The notes beneath the pieces are model-generated. The model was given only the letters and a program-made list of their open reading frames with translations. It was not told where the DNA came from and searched no databases. Source: an uncultured Pseudomonadota bacterium (GTDB taxonomy: Bacteria > Bdellovibrionota_B > Oligoflexia > Oligoflexales > CAIYRB01). From it: a stretch of 64,000 nucleotides of DNA. This document shows positions 56,817 through 64,000 of this stretch, piece by piece. The DNA is taken from contig CAIYRB010000060.1 of assembly GCA_903928445.1 (NCBI GenBank), positions 16,875-80,874 of the forward strand, in the 5' to 3' direction. The position numbers were made by a program, and so were the translations under genes. Every line of letters begins with the position of its first letter. The stretch's first letter is position 1.

Positions 56817-58226
56817 ATGAATATTCGTTCCTTTTGCGACGATGTGTTGGCTGACCGAGACTGCGTGGCCTTAGCCGCTCTCATACGTAACGGCGAAATC
56901 AATTCGCACGAAGTCGTCGAAGCCGCGATCAAGCGGGCGCAGGCCGTCAACCCCATGCTCAATGCCATTAGCGTCGAGGATTTTGCGAATTCCCTCGCTA
57001 GCGCAGCAAAACACGAAGTCAAAAGCCACGCTTCCATCTTTTCTGGACTACCAACCTTTATCAAAGACAACGAACAGGTTCGAGGCTTGCCGACGCGGCT
57101 GGGGTCGCGCGCGACCTCCGACGCATTCGCCACGCAGTCGTCAAAATTCATCGAAGAATACCTGGCTCTGGGACTTATCAATCTGGGTAAGACCACCATG
57201 CCGGAGTTTGGCCTAACGGCCACCACCGAGTCGCTTCTCCACGGAGCCACGAGAAATCCGTGGAATAGCGACTATATTTGCGGTGGTTCATCTGGCGGTG
57301 CGGCGGCATTAGTGGCCGCTGGCGTCGTGCCGATAGCCCATGGCAATGATGGCGGCGGGTCGATCCGGATACCCGCTGCCTGCTGCGGACTGATTGGAAT
57401 GAAACCTACAAGGGGTCGATTAACCGCGTTACAGGGCACGGAAACCTTACCGATCAATTTGGTGCAACAAGGAGTTCTGACGCGCAGCGTCCGCGATACC
57501 GCCGCCTTTTTCGCGGCGGCGGAACGCGTTTACCGTAACCCTTCTTTGCCGGGCATTGGCGACGTCACGCGCCCAGGCAAAAGGCGCCTCCACATCGGCT
57601 TTTTTACCGAATATCCAAGCCGTCAATCGGTTCATCCCGAAAATAGAGACGTCACGGTAAAGGCCGCGCAACTTTGCGCCAGCATGGGACACAGGGTCGA
57701 AGAGGTCCCAACGCCTATTCCCGCGTCGCTGGAGGATGATTTTAAGTTCTACTGGGAGATGATCGCCTTTTCCATGCACCATTTTAGCAAGGCGACGCTT
57801 GGATATTCTTTGGATAAAGCACAACTTGAGCCCTTTACTCGCGGCCTCAGTCGACTCTTTTTTAAGAGATTTTATAAACTTCCCTACGCCATTCGGCGCC
57901 TCAAGGCTGCGGCTCGCGCCCTCACCGCCACATATGAGCGGTACGATGTTATAATCTCGCCAGTCCACGGTCACCCGACGCCAAAGATCGGTGAACTCAG
58001 TTCTTATATTGACGCCGAGTCGTCTCTGCGTAAGTTGTCTGATTTCGCACCGTTCACCCAGGAGCAAAATGTGACCGGCGCGCCGGCCATTTCGTTGCCG
58101 ATGGGTTCATGCAGCAATGGCCTGCCCTTGGGTGTCCAGTTTGCAACTGGGTTTGGTCAAGACCAAGGGCTCTTGGCGCTGGCCTTGGAAATCGAAGAAG
58201 CCGTCACCTGGTCGCGGATCGCTTGA
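56817..58226 (+). CDS. Amidase-signature family amidase
   Basis: GGSSGGAAALVAAG...GNDGGGSIRIPAACCG, giving the Ser-cisSer-Lys triad context. Confidence 0.88.
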   Translation: MNIRSFCDDVLADRDCVALAALIRNGEINSHEVVEAAIKRAQAVNPMLNAISVEDFANSLASAAKHEVKSHASIFSGLPTFIKDNEQVRGLPTRLGSRATSDAFATQSSKFIEEYLALGLINLGKTTMPEFGLTATTESLLHGATRNPWNSDYICGGSSGGAAALVAAGVVPIAHGNDGGGSIRIPAACCGLIGMKPTRGRLTALQGTETLPINLVQQGVLTRSVRDTAAFFAAAERVYRNPSLPGIGDVTRPGKRRLHIGFFTEYPSRQSVHPENRDVTVKAAQLCASMGHRVEEVPTPIPASLEDDFKFYWEMIAFSMHHFSKATLGYSLDKAQLEPFTRGLSRLFFKRFYKLPYAIRRLKAAARALTATYERYDVIISPVHGHPTPKIGELSSYIDAESSLRKLSDFAPFTQEQNVTGAPAISLPMGSCSNGLPLGVQFATGFGQDQGLLALALEIEEAVTWSRIA

Positions 58227-58494
58227 TCTTGCCTGTAGTGGCAACACACATTTCCCACTTATCCCCAGATTCCAAACACCTCTTAGGAGAGTACACTGTT
58301 CAGCCCGTTACTCACATATCCGGTGGATTTAATTCAACTCAACTCGAAATAGCCGCAGCTTAGCATCCAGGCCAATTATTTCCTTCCCACGCAAGCCGTC
58401 GAAAGTACTCATTTTTGCCGGGTTTCTAAAGAAATCTTCAACATCTGCCGATAAGGTGGTTACATGAAGAGACTACGCCTTAGAGGAGCGCATC

Positions 58495-59499
58495 ATGATC
58501 CTTAAAACCATCATCCGTGGTACCCAGATTGCACTTATAGGAATTGCGATCATCAGCTGCGGCAATCCAAACGCTAGCAATCCACTAGGCGATGTTGATC
58601 TTACTGGCGCTGCTGCAGACCTGAATAGCCTACTAGAGCAGACACAGAAATCACCTGCGTTCGTGAGCAACATTGCTAAAGCCGGCAGCTCCACAGTTGG
58701 AGGGTTCGCCTCTTCACTTACTACAGGTCTGTCAGATGACAGCTTCGCCTTCAATGGAAAAACTTTCGGTAAACTTAAAACCTCGCTGAATACGAACTCC
58801 AAAACGCTAGCTGCTTTTGAATCTATAGGTAAACCCTTCAAATCGATGAACGACCTGTTCGCCGCGCATGGTTTAAAAGGCGCAATCAAAGTTGATGAGA
58901 TCAAGGCTTATGTGAAGGTTGCAAGCGCAGCGCTCACCGCACTATCGCAACCAAAGGCTTCAGTGCCTCGCCTAGACACAGCAACAATGGTCCGCGCACT
59001 ACGCGTCTCGGTCGCGCTATCCATTGTCGCAGCGAAGAAAAGTAGCGCGGGCCTGAACCTAGACGATAAACCAACATGGGGATATGCGAGTGAGTGCAGC
59101 ACCTACAACCAGAGCGCTACTAACAACAAAAACTGGATGTGCTATCAAAAAGAAATTGGCGGATCGATTGGCTATATCAGCGCTGGCAACAAAAAGCAGT
59201 GGGAGGACGCTTTCGATCCGAGTAGACACTTTAAGATTTGCGATGCAGCGTCGGCACCCCAAGGCAGCGGTGCCTGGGGATGGATTGCCGACCCGAGCGC
59301 CCCGGGTGGCGGAGAATCTTGCCACGTAGATATACCCGTGACTGATTCAAGTCTTCAGAAAATTTGCGCTAAATATAAGGACATTGACTCGGGAGACTGC
59401 AAGCCTAGCACAGACCAAAAGACTGGTGATACTTCAGCCACCAAGCCTGGGAATTCAAAAAGTCCCGACAATTCGGCTGGCGCAGCTGACCAGCCGTAA
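58495..59499 (+). CDS. Hypothetical lipoprotein, low-GC gene (~48% GC)
   Basis: Lipobox IISC, AGAGGAG RBS, Cys-rich C-terminal half, no recognisable domain. Confidence 0.5.
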   Translation: MILKTIIRGTQIALIGIAIISCGNPNASNPLGDVDLTGAAADLNSLLEQTQKSPAFVSNIAKAGSSTVGGFASSLTTGLSDDSFAFNGKTFGKLKTSLNTNSKTLAAFESIGKPFKSMNDLFAAHGLKGAIKVDEIKAYVKVASAALTALSQPKASVPRLDTATMVRALRVSVALSIVAAKKSSAGLNLDDKPTWGYASECSTYNQSATNNKNWMCYQKEIGGSIGYISAGNKKQWEDAFDPSRHFKICDAASAPQGSGAWGWIADPSAPGGGESCHVDIPVTDSSLQKICAKYKDIDSGDCKPSTDQKTGDTSATKPGNSKSPDNSAGAADQP

Positions 59500-59672
59500 G
59501 AAATAATATTCCGAATGGTCAGATATGAAGGCGAACATCAGCCTAAGAATCAAGGTCCCTTGAGTATCTGATGAGTATAGGAGAAACAAGTTCGCCACGA
59601 GGCGTCTTTATTGTCGGGGTGTCTGATCCTTGCAGCTTTTGACAGCAAATAGCACCGTTCTGGAGGGATGCA

Positions 59673-60140
59673 ATGAGCGAGATGACAAAAATGGCGATCA
59701 GCTATGCCATATTAGTGGCCAGCACCGTTGCGTTGGTCGGTTGCGGTACCAGCAAGAAAAGCGAATCAGCGGCCGCGCCAGCCGTGGACCCGAAAGCAAG
59801 CCCAGCCAAAAGCAACAACGAAGGCGCCTGGGCGCCGCTCACAGCACAGGTGATCGACTACGATGGAAATTCGGACCTGTCCTGCACCCCTGGACGGTCA
59901 GTCTATCGTATTTTTCTCAAGACCGGTTTCGTAATCGACGAAAGGGTAGCGACCATCGATCATTCCTGTACCGAGACTGTGCAACACGTTGGCTTCGTCT
60001 GCACGCCGAGTGGGCCATACTACAAGCTTGAGGGCACAGCGGATGGGCAGCTCATGGGCGCTGGCAACCTCGGCGTCTATCAGAATCAGAAGGATTGCCA
60101 GGGCTACGCGAACGCGTTGAGGAATAAATCACCCCGCTAG
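59673..60140 (+). CDS. Hypothetical small lipoprotein
   Basis: Lipobox LVGC, GGAGGG RBS, six Cys in the mature part. Confidence 0.5.
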   Translation: MSEMTKMAISYAILVASTVALVGCGTSKKSESAAAPAVDPKASPAKSNNEGAWAPLTAQVIDYDGNSDLSCTPGRSVYRIFLKTGFVIDERVATIDHSCTETVQHVGFVCTPSGPYYKLEGTADGQLMGAGNLGVYQNQKDCQGYANALRNKSPR

Positions 60141-60297
60141 CCGTTCCGGCATAAAGATAGAAGGCTCTGGCCAGCCGCTTTTGCGCCGCCTGCTTGCTGA
60201 TCCCGTAGTGGGCGCCGATTTTGGCGAGACCCCAGTCGGGATGGGCGATTTGGAGTGCTGCAGTCTGGATTGCAGGATGAAGCCCTGGTACAGTCAT
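60052..60297 (-). pseudogene. Short ORF encoding an HTH remnant (GLAKIGAHYGISKQAAQKRLARA; sigma-70 region-4, transposase or excisionase-type), probably a gene fragment
   Basis: ATG at 60297. A convincing HTH occupies the first ~50 codons, but the remainder overlaps the convergent lipoprotein gene and looks non-coding. It may be a mobile-element relic or a very small DNA-binding protein. Confidence 0.3.
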
Positions 60298-60397
60298 GGG
60301 ACGGGGTGCTCATAATTTTTTGGTGTAGCAACCGGGATTGTTGTGGATAAGTTGGCTGGATCGTCAACCGGTTAGGCGCCTAGGTTTGACTCGCAGG

Positions 60398-60526
60398 GTG
60401 TATCAAGAAAACACTTATGCCGGCGAAGACCTCGAGACGGTAGCGAAGCTGATCGACAACCTTGACGTCGTGAAGTATGGCAAGAGCCGCGCCGATAAAC
60501 ATCCATTCTGGAGATCCTATGAATAA
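60398..60526 (+). CDS. Candidate small ORF (~42 aa from GTG; VYQENTYAGEDLETVAKLIDNLDVVKYGKSRADKHPFWRSYE) overlapping the SPFH start
   Basis: GC3-rich, protein-like composition. Its stop TAA overlaps the SPFH ATG by 8 nt. Start codon uncertain (GTG at 60398, TTG at 60386 or 60338). Confidence 0.25.
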   Translation: MYQENTYAGEDLETVAKLIDNLDVVKYGKSRADKHPFWRSYE

Positions 60527-61451
60527 CCAACAAACGCTCCATCTAAATCTCGTTCCTTTACAACGAAACCTCGGCCCAATCCTAAGTGCCGCTGCACTAA
60601 TAGCAGTCCTTATTGTCGGATCAAGCTCCTTCTCAGTGATTGAACCCGGCAATACCGGGGTCGTCTTCAATCTCTGGACTGGATCGCTAAGAACCGTGGG
60701 ACAAGGGATGATCTGGCGCATTCCTTTTATTACTCGGGTCCAGAGTTACCCTACGGCTCTTCGCACATATACGATGGTCGCCCGCGCTAACGAAGGCTCC
60801 GCGACGGGAGATGACAGTATCGATTTGCCGACCCAGGAAGGCCAACACATCCGCCAAGACATTTCCGTCACGTATAACACCTCCGAGGAGCGGGCGGCCG
60901 ATGTCTTCCGCGCCTTTCGCGGTGCCGATATGGCTGAGATCGAGGCGACCTTCATCCGCCGCACGGTGATCACCGTCGCACAAAATACCGCCGGCCAGGT
61001 GTCACTTGGCGAGCTGATCTCCTCTAAGCGTGGTCAGCTGCAAACATCAATTCAAAACAGTCTGACAACCGAACTTAGCAAAATGGGATTTTTGCTGGAT
61101 AAAGTGAATTTAGGTGCCAGCCACCTGCCGCAATCGATCGAAAAGCAAATGCAAGAAAAGATGGGCGCACAGCAACAGGCGCAGCAGGCGGAATACGAAC
61201 TACAAAAGCAGCAAACCTTAGCCAAAGCGACCGTGGCTAAGGCCGAGGGCGACGCCCAAGCCATTATGGTCCGCGCCAAAGGCGAGGCAGAGGCTAACCG
61301 ACTACTGCAATCGACACTAAATGAAAACATCATTCAGAATCGGGCCATTGAGAAATGGGACGGGGTTCTGCCGCAAGTCACCAGCGGGGCAACTCCATTC
61401 GTCAATTTGCGAGCGATGAAAGGGGACAGACACGGTGGTGCGCCGGAGTAA
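60519..61451 (+). CDS. SPFH/Band-7 (prohibitin/stomatin-like) membrane protein with a Gln-rich coiled-coil tail
   Basis: N-terminal TM, then VIEPGNTGVVFNLWTG SPFH core and a C-terminal QQQAQQAEYELQKQQ coiled coil. GGAGA RBS before the ATG at 60519. The alternative ATG at 60477 is possible. Confidence 0.85.
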   Translation: MNNQQTLHLNLVPLQRNLGPILSAAALIAVLIVGSSSFSVIEPGNTGVVFNLWTGSLRTVGQGMIWRIPFITRVQSYPTALRTYTMVARANEGSATGDDSIDLPTQEGQHIRQDISVTYNTSEERAADVFRAFRGADMAEIEATFIRRTVITVAQNTAGQVSLGELISSKRGQLQTSIQNSLTTELSKMGFLLDKVNLGASHLPQSIEKQMQEKMGAQQQAQQAEYELQKQQTLAKATVAKAEGDAQAIMVRAKGEAEANRLLQSTLNENIIQNRAIEKWDGVLPQVTSGATPFVNLRAMKGDRHGGAPE

Positions 61452-61923
61452 TTCGCAGGGCTACAGGCCGCATTAAGGGTATTCACCATGATGTTGCTAT
61501 TGTTTGCTCGGAAAAATCCACCGGGAAGGGCCGCCGCTATTTTGCATGCTCGAACACCAAGTTTCAGTCGGAGTCATCACAAGGGCCGAATGCCAGCCAC
61601 ACTGGGACTAGCGCCCCCATCAATATAGCCGATTGTCCAGCTGCGGCCGCCAGTGGTCTTAAGCCCCCTATTTTCGTTGGCGGCCTAGTATCCATGGACC
61701 GTTCACGTCAGCACAGTCGGCCACGCGTCGGGTCTGAGTGATTTACCTCGTGTGCCAACGCCTATGACCGCCCGAGCTAGATGCCGTCAATTAAGTGTGC
61801 CCGCCTGTGAAGGTTATCTATTAATAAACTAATCGGGCTAATTTAAATGTCGTGTTGATTTTATTGGACTATTTCGATAATATCGATCAGTAGCATTTCA
61901 CTTTTTGTGAGGAAAACAGAGCT

Positions 61924-63111
61924 GTGATCGAGCGATTTTTAAACCTCAGTCGCATCCTCGGCGACCAGAATTCCGCCCTACTTTTCGGGCCACGCGGCAC
62001 CGGCAAGACGCACCTCATCAAGCATTTTCTTGCCACGCGATCATCAGCTCTGACCATCGACCTCTTGGATCCTCGCGAGCACAACCGCTACCTCCTAAAT
62101 CCCGCACAACTCATTCGCGACGTCGAAGGCGCGATGGTCGAGCAACGCGACACGCCACTATTGGTGTGTATCGATGAAGTGCAGAAGATTCCTCCGCTTC
62201 TCGACGAGGTACACCTCCTGCTAGAACGGTTTCGCGGCCGCGTACGATTTCTCCTCACCGGCTCCAGCGCCCGTAAACTAAAGCGCGTCGGTGTCAATCT
62301 CCTCGCGGGACGTGCATGGACGTTAAAGCTCCACCCGTTCACGACTCTTGAAATGGAGATTGACCTCGACCGCGCTTTGCAATTCGGCACATTACCGATG
62401 GCAGCACTCGCCTCGCAGCGCCCCTTTCGTTACCTAGAAAGCTACTGCGCCACTTACCTACAGGAAGAAATACAGCAAGAGGCTTTGGTGCGAAACGTTC
62501 AAGCCTTCCACCGATTTCTCGAGGTTGCCGCGCAAATGAATGGCGCTCCCGTACAGTATGCAAAGGTCGCCCGTGATTGCCATGTCGCACCGAACACCGT
62601 GCGCGACTACTTCGATATTTTGGTCGATACCTACCTCGCTTTCCGCCTGGAACCATGGAGTTTTTCTGTGCGGACACAGCTCCGCACTAACCCCAAATAT
62701 TACTTGTTCGATACTGGCGTGCTTAATACTTTGCGCGGCGAACTCCGCGCTGACGTCAAGGTCTCGGGGTTTCGGACGGGGGCACTCTTTGAAAGCTTCA
62801 TGGTCACCGAGTTGATTCGCTTGAACGATTATCTCGAGACCGGGTTTAAGTTTTATCATTGGCGCACCGACCGCGGAAAAGAGGTGGATTGTGTCTTAAG
62901 CCGTGGCCCCAGCGACCAAGCGCGGGCCATTGAGCTGAAGAACGCCGAGACACCCAGCGAACTCGACCTTGCCGGCCTCATCAGCTTTGCTGACGAGCAT
63001 CCCACAGCGGCGCTCTATTGCCTTTGCCGCACCCCGAGGCCTTACAAGCTGGGCAAAATTGACGTCTTGCCGTGGAGGGAAGGGCTGCGCGCTGTTATCG
63101 AAAGAGCCTGA
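61924..63111 (+). CDS. AAA-family ATPase with C-terminal DUF4143 domain (COG1373-type)
   Basis: Walker A LLFGPRGTGKTH and Walker B LLVCIDEVQ, with a downstream DUF4143-like region. GTG start. AT-rich promoter containing a TCGATA-A-TATCGA palindrome. Confidence 0.8.
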   Translation: MIERFLNLSRILGDQNSALLFGPRGTGKTHLIKHFLATRSSALTIDLLDPREHNRYLLNPAQLIRDVEGAMVEQRDTPLLVCIDEVQKIPPLLDEVHLLLERFRGRVRFLLTGSSARKLKRVGVNLLAGRAWTLKLHPFTTLEMEIDLDRALQFGTLPMAALASQRPFRYLESYCATYLQEEIQQEALVRNVQAFHRFLEVAAQMNGAPVQYAKVARDCHVAPNTVRDYFDILVDTYLAFRLEPWSFSVRTQLRTNPKYYLFDTGVLNTLRGELRADVKVSGFRTGALFESFMVTELIRLNDYLETGFKFYHWRTDRGKEVDCVLSRGPSDQARAIELKNAETPSELDLAGLISFADEHPTAALYCLCRTPRPYKLGKIDVLPWREGLRAVIERA

Positions 63112-63200
63112 TAGAGTCCCCCCCACGACTATTAAGGGAAGTCAAGAAAAGGGTGTGGAGGCAAGTCAAGTGCTTTACCGATTGGTTTAAGCTAAAGGGC

Positions 63201-64000
63201 ATGGCTAGCTTCGGCTCATTCGAGCGCCGTCAGAGTGCGAGCCTAGGTCCGACCGTGCCCAAACAAGGTGACGCTGCAGGCTGGAACACTAGCTTTTTCC
63301 ACGGCCGCTTTAAAAAATACTCTGCCACGCTCGCCGACCAATCCTACATCTTCAAGGTCAAAGAGGAGATTGCGCCCGAGCTACCTGACGTCGAGTATCT
63401 CTGCAACCAAATCGCCAAAAGTTGCAGCTTACCGGTCCCGCCCTTCTACATGGTCAAGTTCGGAGGTGAGCGCGCGTTTGTCACCAAAAACTTCATCAGA
63501 AAGAATGCGGGCGCGGTCAACCTCGTGCATATTTACCATCACCTAGATCCAGACGGGCGCTATGACTGTGAAGCTCTGCTAAAATCAATCCTTCACGAAA
63601 CAAGGCGTCACGCCGATGCAGTCATTTTTATGTCCACCTGTCTTTTCGATTCCATCATCGGCAATCACGACCGCCATGGGCGAAACCTCGGCCTACTCGT
63701 TACGACCAAAGGCACCGTGCTCGCGCCGATCTACGACAATACATCCGCCCTGGGACTTGAGTACGGCGAGTTTCTTAGAGCCGACTGGAATCCCAAGGGC
63801 AAGATCGCCGCAAACATGACGTCGGAGCCGACGGCCAAGGATTACGTCATCGAGTTCCGGCGTTTGGGCTACGGGGCCGAAGTCACCAAGTTCGTTCAGC
63901 GCCTAAACGTCGACAAGATCACGGCGATCATCGGCGCTTCGTTCTGCTCTGATCTGATGAAGGATGCGATGAAGCGGCTTGTCATTAACCGAATCGACGA
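63201..64000 (+). CDS. HipA-like kinase (C-terminal kinase core only, HipT/YjjJ-like); partial, continues beyond window end
   Basis: Frame absent from the ORF track because no stop falls within the window. ATG at 63201 after AAAGGG. Motifs FDSIIGNHDRHGRNLGLLV and APIYDNTSALG match the HipA catalytic and activation-loop blocks. No HipA N-terminal domain. Confidence 0.7.
   Translation, partial: MASFGSFERRQSASLGPTVPKQGDAAGWNTSFFHGRFKKYSATLADQSYIFKVKEEIAPELPDVEYLCNQIAKSCSLPVPPFYMVKFGGERAFVTKNFIRKNAGAVNLVHIYHHLDPDGRYDCEALLKSILHETRRHADAVIFMSTCLFDSIIGNHDRHGRNLGLLVTTKGTVLAPIYDNTSALGLEYGEFLRADWNPKGKIAANMTSEPTAKDYVIEFRRLGYGAEVTKFVQRLNVDKITAIIGASFCSDLMKDAMKRLVINRID

Noticed and set aside
61355-61741. 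128-aa ORF overlapping the SPFH 3' end and the following intergenic region
   Set aside because: It overlaps a confident gene in another frame and extends into AT-variable non-coding DNA. No RBS and unconvincing composition.
63268-63819. ORFs 63268..63546 and 63616..63819 from the track
   Set aside because: Both are alternative-frame shadows of the real HipA-like kinase frame starting at 63201, which the track omits because it has no stop inside the window.

Overview
High-GC (~60%) bacterial chromosomal window, coding-dense on both strands. Codon usage and content (flagellin, FliG, many lipoproteins, TPR proteins, mprF-virJ) point to a Gram-negative, probably proteobacterial or Bdellovibrio-like organism. 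I cannot assign a taxon.

The first ~54.6 kb looks like core genome: gmhA, msrA, a glutamine amidotransferase, a solitary short flagellin gene, glpQ, a GH13 amylase, a TetR-TolC-MFP-RND efflux operon, arginase, tgt, msrB, a GDT1 transporter, an orphan fliG divergent from an MltD-like lytic transglycosylase, a TauE/DUF1634 pair, an O-methyltransferase, gloB, two tRNA-Val genes bracketing an mprF-virJ/acvB block, mtnA, a TPR-rich cluster, glutaryl-CoA dehydrogenase-like, lpxL-like, lipA, an Rsm22-like methyltransferase, folE, a CxxCH-lipoprotein/DUF1501-like/CxxCH trio, an LLM oxidoreductase, an asparaginase-family protein and rluA.

From ~54.6 kb to the window end the content becomes accessory-like and compositionally patchy, with AT-rich intergenic regions and two ~48-50% GC lipoprotein genes. 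This block holds a hipBA toxin-antitoxin pair with an AT-rich repeat-bearing operator region, an amidase, an HTH-remnant ORF, an SPFH/prohibitin gene with a small overlapping upstream ORF, an AAA-DUF4143 ATPase, and immediately after it a second N-terminally minimal HipA-like kinase that runs off the window. I consider that ATPase plus kinase pair the best candidate for an undescribed toxin or defence-type module here.

Several unusually long, perfect GC-rich inverted repeats sit right after minus-strand gene stops and look like U-tract-less terminators. No CRISPR array, integrase or intact transposase was seen.
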